Part shown: piece after piece, positions 50,319-62,719 of the stretch
Layout: every line of letters begins with the position of its first letter
Position numbering within the stretch: position 1 is the stretch's first letter
Assembly (NCBI RefSeq): GCF_964355755.1
Contig: NC_092678.1
Coordinates: 5,658,422 to 5,722,421, forward strand
Length of the DNA: 64,000 nt
Source: Antedon mediterranea
Taxonomy: Eukaryota; Animalia; Echinodermata
Reading direction: 5' to 3'
The notes under the pieces: generated by a model
Database searches by the model: none
Told to the model about the DNA's origin: nothing
What the model saw: the letters and a program-made list of their open reading frames with translations, nothing else
Program-made: the position numbers and the translations under genes

Positions 50319-51869
50319 TTTTGATGGTTTTTGCAGAATTGGTAAAATAAAAAATTTAAGGCATCAACAAACTCATCAGCCCTGTAAGAAAATGTAAATT
50401 AAATAAAAGAATATCACTTAATTTTTTTTTTTTTTTTCACTTAAAAAATATTTAATAGTAAAGTAGGTATAAGTATAAATACAATTAATTAGACTAACAC
50501 AACAAAAATATTCAATCTTCTATCAAATAAAGTTAAAATTTAGTCAATTCAATAAAATGCTGTCATACCAATTGTTTACAATAGATTATAATTCAAAATA
50601 TTTGTTTGTTAGTTTGTAAATAGTTTGGCTACCCTTTTGCAAAGTCTTCCGCTATTTATTTTCCCATTTGAAAGGAAAACTCTTTAAAACTGTCTTCAGG
50701 CAGACAATACAAATATTATAGTTAGATAGTTAGAATTATATTTCCTGGAATGTTCTTAATTCTAAAGCATATAATCTACTCTGGCAAAATTGTGTTTGGA
50801 ATCTTTGATGTTGCAACTGTTTAGGTGAAGTTTGTGTTACTGGGGACAGTCCAATGACAAGCCATTTTAACAAACAAAAAACACTATTCTTTCTTGCCAC
50901 AATTCGATATTCAAAATTTAAACTTGACCTGACATGGTTCCATGAAATCTTTATATGGAAGTAGTAATGTGGATTTAAAAAAAAAATGAATTCTAATATT
51001 TACCACAAAATGGTTTTTCACAGAATTGAGTGGTTTTACAATACTTGATATTGTACTAATTCTGAATAGTCACTCCACCTCTTTGCTTTCCTTCCTTATA
51101 CTCTTATAACAAATTGAATACACATTTGTTAATTGATACTAAATTGAATAAGGTTTATGTAGTTGTAATTGTGTTTTTGCTTCTGTTATTGGTGCATTTG
51201 AAGTTTTGTTTGTGTTCTTGGTTTTAATGATTCTTCCATGTTGTTGAAGCAAAATGCTTTTCTATTTGTCAAAGGTCAAATGCCTAGCCAGTACCATTTC
51301 ATGAGATAAATTTCTGAATCACCATAAAATCAGATTACAAATGCTATTTATTTATTTTATTTCATAAACCCCTTGAAGAACAAGCAAAATTGAACATTAC
51401 AAAATGATAAAATAGTTATTAGATAATAATAGAAAAATAATCTATAATTTACACTATAACAGATTTCATGATAAACAGTAATTTAAATTGAAAATTAAGT
51501 TTAATAAACGAGGAATTGACTTAACAAACATTTGTATAAAATTTAATGGTTGAACCAATGCTGGTACCTTTTTATTATTGTAAGGACAAGCAACATGTAT
51601 GTACAATGGTTAAACAATACAAAATGAGCAAATACAATAGTTAATAATAAATAGAAAGATAGTCTATAATTAATACTGTTAATAAATAATTTACACTATC
51701 ACAGATTCCATGATAAAAAAAAATTTTAGAATAGGATTTTAACAGGCAAATTTGTATAGAATTAAATTATTGAACCAATGCTAGCACCTAAAAAATATTT
51801 AAACTGGCTATCATTTCTAATAATGTTCTAAATTGTTCCGTTTAGTGTCTTTGATTTATTTCCAGTCTA

Positions 51870-52754
51870 TTACACTCTTTGTTCATCTTCATGACCTCCT
51901 TGACCTCTTGGAATGTTTCTTATTTGAGGTTCAGGATTGGAACCAAAGCAGCATAGAGCACGCTTAAAACCATTTCTTAACTCTGGAATACGCCACCAAT
52001 ATACAATGGGATTTAAAGCAGAATTCATCATCAGAAGCGGAAACAAAATCTGATAAAAATTCTTAAGGGAGTCACAGTGACTTAAAAAAATAAAACATAT
52101 GGATAATAAGTGGGTTGGTATCAAACAGAAAAACAGTGGAAAAAGTAGAATACTAAATGTAATAAATACTGATTGTAATCTGGCCTGTCTAGCAGATCTA
52201 GCAGTAGCTGATGCGAGTTGGTTAGTTTTACGTTTTAAAATAATGTACATAGAAATATAAACAAATGCAACTATTGTGATCAAAGTAAAACTCAGACCAA
52301 ATACATAAATATATGACAAACAATTGAATACTGTTATTATCCATAAGGAAATACAAGATTTTGCCAATCTCTTTTTTGTAACAATGTTTTGGTATTTTAA
52401 TGGAGCAGCAATAGCTATGAAACGTTCAATACTCACTGCAAAAACAAATAATAGTGAAGAAGTCATCATTGATGCCCCTATAAATACCACCAAACCAATT
52501 GAAGAAAAAGACAAAACAGAAAATAGAATCATGAACAAAAAGATAGAAAGACAAGTTAGTAAGTCAGCAACTGCCAAGTTGACAAGCAAAACGTTTGATT
52601 TCTTTCTTAGTTGATGATTGCAGCAGACAACCAATATAACAAACAGGTTTTCCAATATTCCTCCACCCGTAATGATAATAGTGAGAAAAGAACTGATTGG
52701 ATGTATCTTTGTAAAAGTTAAGTCTACTATCTTTGAAATCCATGTAATATTCAT
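51870..52754 (-). CDS. Class A GPCR, type B copy 4 (294 aa)
   Basis: Intact ORF with the type B sequence. Confidence 0.9.
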   Translation of the reverse strand: MNITWISKIVDLTFTKIHPISSFLTIIITGGGILENLFVILVVCCNHQLRKKSNVLLVNLAVADLLTCLSIFLFMILFSVLSFSSIGLVVFIGASMMTSSLLFVFAVSIERFIAIAAPLKYQNIVTKKRLAKSCISLWIITVFNCLSYIYVFGLSFTLITIVAFVYISMYIILKRKTNQLASATARSARQARLQSVFITFSILLFPLFFCLIPTHLLSICFIFLSHCDSLKNFYQILFPLLMMNSALNPIVYWWRIPELRNGFKRALCCFGSNPEPQIRNIPRGQGGHEDEQRV

Positions 52755-54042
52755 TCTTAGTTAGTTTCAGCAAAGTAGTTTGATGTAAGTATAGTTTACT
52801 GAACTCGCATATCTGTAAGAAAATTTATAATTCAACTAAAAATAACATTACATTTTTTTGTACATGGTCATAAGAAATAACATAGATTCTATATTTTTGT
52901 TTTCCACCTACTGTTTACCATTACTGCTCATCTGCCTAAGTTGGCCTTTATAGATCATTTTTTCTTGAAAATAAAGAAATTTACATGCTCATAAGCTTAC
53001 CAATGATAAGTTGGCTAGATCCAAATGTTGATAAAAACACAATTTTTTCCAGTTTCACCATAAAGTTCTTAAGTGACTTTTTAAAAAGACTCCCAATGCT
53101 TATATATATTGTAGCGCAGCGAATAACTTCATGGTAAAAACTGTGTTGCCGATGCTGTTACTGTTAACAAACTAATTCATCTACTATAGCAATATTATAG
53201 AATCACATTTCCTATAATGTTACAATTTCTAGCATTCAATTACTGCCATTATAGTTTATTGGCGATTGTATGTATTAGATAATGTGTACCAGCAAGTATA
53301 TAAGATAAGACACTAGCAATAAAAATGTCTAAAAAGTTGATGATGTTATTAAGTTTTATTTATATTTCATAAATTTCCTGAACAACAGGCCAAATATACA
53401 ATATTTTGATAAAAATATATAATAATAATATTGTCTATTTTATATCATTAATAAAGTAATAACAACTTTACACTAGACAAATTCCATGATATAAACATGA
53501 CTTTGACAAACAGTTTAAATGATTTAATATTAAACAAAACGTTTTCACCAATTTTTACCCCAATTGACTCATTTAGATCAACAATAATGACAAATTGTCA
53601 GTAGGAGAGTGAACTATTATTCATACAAAAGTGAATAATATTAAATGTACAGAAAAAGGTGAGCAAAGTGGATAAACAGAGGTTATTTTATTAAAGTACC
53701 TACAAAGCACAGATATGAGTATAAAATGAAAAAGCAATCTTAACTACAGCCTAAACGAATACCTATTGTGATATGCCATTTATGTACAAAAATTATTCAT
53801 AATTTGATGATAAATAATTTTGATAGAATGCTTTACAAGTATTGAAACTTTAATAATTCATGTTCAAGTGTCTTTTTGACACAAAGAAATATGTACATTT
53901 GCTACCATTATACTTACAGTCTATTTATTAGTATTATATAAAGTAAAATATAGTTAGCCATAGTTCAATCATATTTAAAGTTTCTTTCATAGCACTGTTT
54001 GATTTACTGACATTATTATGTGAATGTATTATTTCTAATATA

Positions 54043-55567
54043 TTACACTCTTTGTTCTTCTACATTAGATCTTTGACTTACACTAATGGTTCTTATTTGA
54101 GGTTCAGGATTTGAAGTAAACCAGCATAGCATACCCTTAAATCCATTTCTTAAATCGGAAATACGCCACCAATATACAATAGGATTTAAAGCTGAATTCA
54201 GCATCAGAAGCGGTAAAAAAATCTGATATAAAAACTCTGCAAACGAGTCACAATGAGTTGATCTAATATAACATATCGATAGTAATTGGGTTGGTATCAA
54301 ACAGAAAAACAGTGAAAAAAGTAGAATACTAAATGTGATAAATACTGATCGTAATCTGGCCTGTCTAGCAGATCTAGCAGTAGCTGATGCGAGTTGGTTA
54401 GTTTTACGTTTTAAAATAATGTACATAGAAATATTAACAACTCCAACAATGGTTGTCAGTATAAAACTTACAGCTAACACAGCAATGAAGAGAATAAATC
54501 CGGGGACTTTACTGCCAAAAATTTAAATTAAGCATAAAACTATTAATGTCCAAACAAAAGTACATACTATTGCCAATTTCTTTTTCGTAACCAGGTTTTG
54601 GTATTTTAATGAAGCAGTAATAGCTAGAAAACGATCAATACTCACAGAAAGAACAAACAACAATGAACAATTCATAATTAATATCCCCAAAAATACAAAA
54701 GTATCATCTACATATGAATGAATATGAAATGCTATAATAATAGAGAGGTTTCGCAATCTTACGAATACGATAACGAAAACGGATACGTCACGCACACGTA
54801 TTCGTTTTTCGTAAGCCAGTAAAAATCTGTTTCACATGGCAACGAAATATTGAGGGCGCCGTCCAAAATATGACTGCGGTAAATCTGAGCGAACCGCAGA
54901 TACGTGTTGCTTGGTACTTGGCTGCCTAGGCCTAGCGTAACATCAAAGCGAGTGAGGACTTTAAAAACTGCTATTTATCAAAATTGACCTGGCATTTTAA
55001 TCTATAATTATATTATAATCATGAATCATTCCTGATTCAAATGCAAAATGTGCAAAATAGATCAAAAACTATACTCGTTTTGTAGTTACGAATATGACTG
55101 GTGATATTCGTCAACACAAATACGCTTACGACTATGAAATGGGGATCTGCTCAAAAGTTTCACAAATGTGTGACGTATCCGCAATATATCAGCAACGGCC
55201 AAGTTAACAAGCAAAACATTTGATTTCTTTCTTAGTTGATGATTGCAGCAGACAACCAAAATAACCAACAGGTTTTCCAATATTCCTGCAGCCATAATGA
55301 TATATGTGAGATAAACACTGATTGGACTTATTAATGTAAAATAAGTCATAATACTTCATTGGTTTGTAGTAATCAAAGCAATTAAAATCTGTTGTATTTT
55401 GGATATCTGTAAGAAAAATTGTTTTTATATATTTTTTTTCTTACAATTGTCAAGTAGTTACAAATTAGTAATGGGTAAACTAAGAAAATAACTAGCTATC
55501 CTCAATCGTAAAAAAAAAAAAAAAACACTACTAATAATATTAATGATTATTATTATTATTTATCCAT
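54043..55567 (-). pseudogene. Class A GPCR, type C copy 4, pseudogene
   Basis: Same transposon insertion as C1 (about 54742-55182, without the SINE), same TAA at 54523, same GT>AT donor loss, extra indel near 55332. Confidence 0.92.
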
Positions 55568-56056
55568 AAGTTTGTTAGATTTAAGTCTTCAATTTATCAC
55601 TCAAAATTCTTCTTTGACCAGGAATAACTGTTTCATCAATGCTCTATAGTATGTTAAGATTACCAAGCATAATGTATCACCAATGCTGGTAGCTAACAAA
55701 ATAATGCTTCCAGCCAGACTATGATGATAATATAGGTCACTCTTACTAATTTTTTAATTAGAATCACATTTCCTATAATATTTTATATTCAACATCAACA
55801 GATAGATTACATAGTTTATGGTCAAGACACACAGAAGCCAAAGTGGCTTGTCTTTGTAGTCCCTGAGCATAAAACATAAAACATAGACAGACGCATTACA
55901 ATTACAATAAATGACAAAAAAAGAACCAAAAAAAATAGATATACAAAATGTATCATAGAAATATAAAGCAGAGGAGGTAATGCAACATAGTTACAATTCC
56001 ATGATGCAGTGTATCCTCCAATTTGGACCACAGTTGGGTTTCAGAGATCTCGCTCC

Positions 56057-57138
56057 GGGTGTCACGAAAGCTCAGACCACGAAAGCTCAGACCCCCTAAG
56101 ACCTAAGATCACGAAAGCTAAGACCCAACACCTAAGATTACAAATACTAAGATATACTACAGCTTAAAAACAATACTTGTTTATCCATACATAATTTTAA
56201 ACACAGTAGGTTTCATTTATTACCATAAATATAATTTAATACTACCGCAAAACATAGATAAACTCACATTATTTTCGCCCGTTGAGTAAATGTATATTTT
56301 TTCTTTACAACAAACAAACTTGACGGGTTGTTTGTTGGTATATATTTACTCCATTTTGTTGCTTCAGAGGATGTTTTTCTTACGCACCTGCCTTTCTTGT
56401 ATTTTGACTCCAAATTTGTTGACTAACTTTATCCTGAACACCACACTTTAAAATTAGGACTTATAAGTACTTTCAGAAGGAGAAACACATAATAACAAAT
56501 AAATAAATCCTTTAAATTGATGATTTTACAGATGTGTTTCTTTGTATACTGTAATGACAATGTAACTCCTCGAGCTCCCCATGCTCAATGTTTTTGTTTC
56601 TATGGAGCGCCAAAAGAGCAACAATAATAGTACAAGTATAAAAACAGAAAGAAAACGAAACAAAAAAACTTATCATGATTTTTAAATTAAAATTTATTTG
56701 CCAGTATTTATTTCTTTGTACTTGCATGATTATACTATTATCATTACAATTTTAATTTTACATTGTTCCATCCACACTGTAGATGGACTCCACAGAGTTT
56801 TCAGCCCTCTATATAATTTTTGCTCTTTTGACGTTCTATAGAAACAAAAACATTGAACATGGCCCATGGGGTAGGCCTAACTGTAGGCTAGTCATTTTGT
56901 GTGCGAGAAAAACGTCTGTAAAATCATCAATTTAAAAATGTATTTGTTACTTTTTATGTGATTCTTTTTCATGAAAGTGCCAATTCTAAGGTGTGGTATT
57001 CAGAATAAATGTTGGGAGTTAAAATACAAGGCAGGTGCGAAAGATAAATATTTGTAATCTTAGGTGTTGGGTCTTAGCTTTCGTGATCTTAGGTCTTAGG
57101 GGGTCTGAGCTTTCGTGGTCTGAGCTTTCGTGACACCC
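56057..57138. mobile_element. MULE-like foldback MITE (1082 bp) with 10-bp TSD
   Basis: ~90-bp perfect TIR gggtgtcacgaaagctcagacc...; TSD atctcgctcc (56047-56056, 57139-57148); empty site at 16883-16892. Confidence 0.9.
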
Positions 57139-57846
57139 ATCTCGCTCCTGATGTCTACAGCTGACTTTAGCATTCCATTAACTATAATATTTGCACAATG
57201 CTTGCAGCAAAGCATATATTATTACTTTGTGTCATTTGGCAATTTTTATAGATAGGAAATAACAGCATGTACCAATATAAATGTACAACAGTTTAAGGTG
57301 AGTATTTATTTATTCATAGGAATCATCATCGGTGGCACACATTCAATGGTGCATCCAATTTACAGACAAAATTACAAATAACATAAGCCACAAGGTACGC
57401 TTAAGATAGTATACATTTATTAAATATTTTTTATTCATATATTAAATAATTCAGATAAATACAAATGCAATGTAGTGCTAATTATTACAATATGGAATAG
57501 AATTTTTTAAAAACCAAATCTTAACTACAGTCTAAACTAAATACAATCAACTGTTATCTGGCACTCGTTCTGTGTAAACAAATTGTTCATAGTTTTAAAA
57601 TATATGATTTTTATTGAAAGATTTTAACATTTTAAAATTAAAGTTTAAAAGTCTTGCTGACACTTAAGAAATATATTTACTAATGGCTACCATTTTGATA
57701 TAATCTGGAACAAGTTACACTCAGGTTTAGAAATTACTAATATTATATGTGTTTGAAGTATTAAAAAGATATTTAGAAAGCACCGTTTACTTTTACAGAA
57801 CTTATCAATTGTTTTATATGGTGACTTTAATTTTATTTCTAATTTA

Positions 57847-59023
57847 TTACACTCTATTTTCATTCTCATGGTCTCTTCGAATGTTTCTTATTTGAGGTGA
57901 AGGATTGGAAGCAAGGCAGCATAGAGCACGCTTAAATCCATTTCTTAACTCTGTAATACGCCACCAATATACAATGGGATTTAAAGCAGAATTCAACATC
58001 AGGAGTGGAATAAAAATCTGACATAAAGACTCAGTGAACGAGTCACAAACGTTTGACTTAACAAAACATATTGACAATAACTGGGTTGGGATTAAACAGA
58101 AAAACAGTGAAAAAAGTAGAATACTAAATGTGATAAATACTGATCGTAATCTGGCCTGTCTAGCAGATCTAGCAGTAGCTGATGTAAGTTGATTAGTTTT
58201 ATGTTTTAAGTAAATGTACATAAAAATATAAACAAACCCAATAATGATGGTCAAAGTGAAAAGACTGAAAACATATAAATCAAAATATAATTTTCCAACT
58301 GTAATAGGAAAAAAAATAGATATATTTAATACCCATAGGGAAGAACACACTATTGCCAATCTTTTTTTTGTAACAAAGTGTTGGTATTTTATTGGAGCAG
58401 CAATAGCTAGGAAACGTTCAATACTCACAGCAAGAACAAAATAATAAGGAAAAATTCATCATTACTATTTCTTCCACTATTACTGAACCATCAAAACCCT
58501 GTGTATTATTAACATATGCTGAGAAGGTAACAAAACAAATCAATAAGTCCGCAACTGCCAAGTTGACCAGCAAAACATTTGATTTCTTTCTTAGTTGTTG
58601 ATTGCAGCAGACAACCAAAATAACCAACAGGTTTTCCAATATTCCTGCAACCATAATGATATATGTGAAGCAAGTACTGATTTGACTTATTTCCATTTCC
58701 CAAAAATCATAAAACTTTTCATTGATATGATTGTTTGAATAATCATGGAGGTATATTTCCTCCATGTAATTATCAACGTAATTGAAATCTGTTAAATTCA
58801 AAAGAACTTGCATATCTGTAAGAAAATGTATAATTTTTAACAAAATAACAATAAGTACATACTAGAATTGGTTTACTTTCTTACTTAATTTCCAAATAGT
58901 TAGAAATTAATAATGAATAAGTTACACTAGGAAATAACAAAGCTATTCTCAATTCTCAAAATTAGTTAAAAAGTAAGACATTGTAAAACTGAATATTACA
59001 ACTATATGCTCATATTTACCCAT
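57847..59023 (-). pseudogene. Class A GPCR, type D copy 2, single +1 frameshift in TM3
   Basis: acaaaataat versus acaaataat in D1 at about 58438-58441; splice signals intact (exon 1 59020-59023, intron 58816-59019). Confidence 0.75.
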
Positions 59024-59867
59024 GATGAGTTGGTTGATTCAGATGTTGATAAATATTCTTCAGGGATGTGTTATAGAACTGAAATGCATATAAACTTTGT
59101 TATCAATGCTCTTTGGTATGATGGACAAACTTAATGTGTCTCCGAATACTGGTAACAACGAAATCGGACTATGTATAGGTCATTTTAATATTTTATGATT
59201 TCTACAATTACCGCCAATAATAAATTTATTGATGGCGAGAAACTCTACCATAGAAAATGTGTACCAGCAAGTATGACATTATTGAAACATATTATTGTAA
59301 TCTTGCAAGGTTAAGAGTAAGGTTAAGTGTTTTTTAAGGCAAGCCAGTGTGATTACTCAACTAACACACTCCTAAACTGCCATTGATTTACAACATGCTT
59401 AAATTTGGTAAACTTCTACACATCAAATACAAACAGCACACCTACAGAACCCCTACATGTATTGAGGACTGCAATTTGTAACACACCTATAATTTTCAAA
59501 AGAAAGCCTGAAAGAGGGAATAGTTAAACCATAACATTTTTTATGATGCATGTCCTTTTAAGGGCACTTTGTTTTAACAAATTCTATGAAGATATTCCAT
59601 ATTTTTTTTAATAAACGCCTCAGGTTGTTCAGGAAGTTTTCTCATTTCTGTTTTTCTTTTCAATCGAAACCAACAGCGATAATTACCGCCACTAACAGGT
59701 TTGATAGTTTGATTTTTAGGGGGGTGTTTATTCGAGGGAAGCGTTTGTTCGTATATTTTTTTTGATGTAATATGGTGACATTTACAATAAAATAAACATC
59801 AATAAAATATCAAGAAGGGATAAAATACAGTAAAAATTGTATCAAAATGCTTGGTAAATTTAGATAA

Positions 59868-61304
59868 CTAGATGGTACGCTCGCTTCGCTCGCGTACCAT
59901 CTAGGTCGTGCCCACAGATGGTTCTCGAATACATAATAATTTCAGCGTTAAAAAAACTGGCGATTTCAAATGTACGTACCTCAGGACAGTAATACATAAT
60001 AATTATGTCGTTTACAGGAATGAATACATAGACACTGTGATTTATGTACTGTAAAATTAGTACCCTGGGAATTACTTCCGAAAGAGAAACTTGTCACAAA
60101 ATGAGACCAATTGTTTAGGTCAAATTTAAACAATAGGGTTGAGGGATGGGGAAGAGGATGGGTGCAAAGAGGAACAATTTTTAAACATATTCTTTATCCA
60201 TTTAGTAACGAAATATTAATTGTTTTCATGTTTTACAAATAATAATACAACTAAACACAGTAAAACATTGCGATTTAATACTTTGTTGAAACTATCACCG
60301 TCCTAGTCGATTGAAATAGTACAGTACATGTAAACGATACATCACTACGACGTGTATATGTTTATATAATGTAAAACAATTTGTGAAAACCACCTCTATT
60401 CGAGGAAAATCATAAATTCGATTTAATCGTCAATAAATATTAAATTATCTAACTCAACTTAATTAGTAGGCCTAATGGTTTTCAATTGTTTCTTAGAGCC
60501 AATTCATACTTAAGTTGGTTCCTACCCTACCCACCAAAGTTGTTCTGCGTTTAGGGCATGTGATGTACCGTAGGCCTATCCCCCCTATCCTCTACTGGTT
60601 TTACAACGCTACTCATGCCAGTGAGGGAAGGGTGATGATGTGAGTGGTTTAACTGCAATAATAAAGATGTGTACATAATATACGGCGAGTGAAAACGCTA
60701 GTTCATTATCCGTTTAAAAAAAATGTATATCCAACCTCTGCCGCACAGATTGAAAAAAAAAATGGATCGAATTTCTGTTATGAGTATAAAGTACTTGCCT
60801 TTACGACGCCTGAGGGAATAGACACTTGTGGAACAGAGATTGGAATGTTCCATTCATCGCAAATCAATACATTTGTATAAACGTATATTAAATCTATCAA
60901 AATAGTATTTTTTAAAGAAAATCGGCCTGTCTTCAACATTATGATGCTGTACTCGAGCTGTTCAACCGGTTTTCAGCCATTAAAAACAATTATCGTAGGA
61001 GGAGATAGGAAAATGCGAAGCATCCTCGTATTATTGTCTGCGGGTATTTTTTAAGACGGACATCCATTAGAAAGTGTATACCACGATCGAAAAACACCCC
61101 TATTTGGGGCAAATCGTTGAACCTAAATTCGTTTTAATCGTCAATAACTAATTATCGAACTCAATTTAATTAGTAAACAGGGTTACATCAGGTGGTTAAA
61201 ATCAGTACCGAAAGTACGAACCAACTTTATATACCATCGAGTAAACATTCTAGAAATAAGGCGCGATTTACCGAATTTTGCCCTTACGTAAATTTATATA
61301 TAGA
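59868..61304 (-). mobile_element. Non-autonomous Helitron-like element (1437 bp)
   Basis: Minus strand A|TCTATATATAAATTT ... ctagatggtacgcgagcgaagcgagcgtaccatCTAG|T; empty site agataa|tgtc at 19631-19640; no TSD. Confidence 0.9.
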
Positions 61305-62719
61305 TGTCAATCAATGAATTCTACTACAAATAGAAATGTGTTGCAATACAATATTGTATATGCATGTGGCGAGTGTTTATGTCTGGATATAAATAAAGGC
61401 TTAAGGGCATTTATTCGAGGAGGAGTTTATTCTAAATGGAGTTTATTCTAAATGGAGTTTATTCAAAGCAGGGCGTTTATTGTGTTTTTGAGCATTGGAC
61501 ACTGCTTGTGTCATTTGTTTTCTAAATTTTGAGAATTTTTGCAGTTTTCACAGGAAGTAGTTGCTACTACACTATAGTTCACATTAAGGGGTGTCTAGAA
61601 AATTCAGATCTAGAAAACTCAGATTTTTATTTTTATTTTATTTTATTTCATACTCATCCAACAGCGAGTAACCCGCCAATTACAGGATGGATAAACTATT
61701 TAATAATTTCACAAGACAAACATATACACAAGATGCTCTACATAAACAAAGACTTATTATTACTTATTAAGTACTCTTTGGGAGTGGAGTTGTAAATTGT
61801 CATGAGAAAAAAACCCTGATATATGACAGGACTTGAACCCAGGACCCTTAGATTGGTAGCCAAGCATCATAACCACCAAGCCACAGCTCCACTTCATCTC
61901 AGATGTCAGATATATCTAAGTTTTCTAGATCTAGAAAACTCAGATATCTGACTTTTCTAGATCTAGAAAAATCAGATATTTGACTTTTCTAGATCTAGAA
62001 AACTCAGATATCTGAGCTTTCTAGATCTAGAAAAGTCAGGTATCTGAGCTTTCTAGATCTACCCCAAGTAAAACAATTATATTATAGAACAATGCAGGTT
62101 ATCATATATTTACTTATCGCTGCAAATTATTACTCTGGACATGTTTGATTTAAAGTATGAGGGTGCGCGTGCGCTTCGGGATCTCAGTTTACACCTCACT
62201 CACATATTCATAAAATAGTGATCAAACTTCAACTTACAGGTAAGTCTCGTTTAATCTTCCTAATATATTAAATATTTACTCTCTGTATTCCTTTATTAAG
62301 ACAGGACAACTGAATGGTGTCGCCAATGCTAGTACAAAATGAAATGATGCTTTTGGTCAGACTATAATGTATTATAAAGCACTATAATATTATATGATCA
62401 GAATATTTCAGAAAATTGTTCTGGTTTCCAAGATTTAATATTTATTTTTGGAGGAAATGGATGTGAAGAATGATGTATAACATAAACATCATCGTAATTT
62501 TGTAATGTATAGCAACTTCTAATGCAACTTTTGATAATATCAGTGCAAGGAAACCTTGTTTTGATAATTTCTAGGAAAAGGTATTTGACAATTAATTTTT
62601 CTGACTATTTATTTTCTAAATTGACAAAGGTAAACTATTTATACAATGGTTAACAGTTTTCTAATATTAAAGAATTCTAGCTTATGAGTGAATATATAAA
62701 ATAACTATGTTAAACAGAC

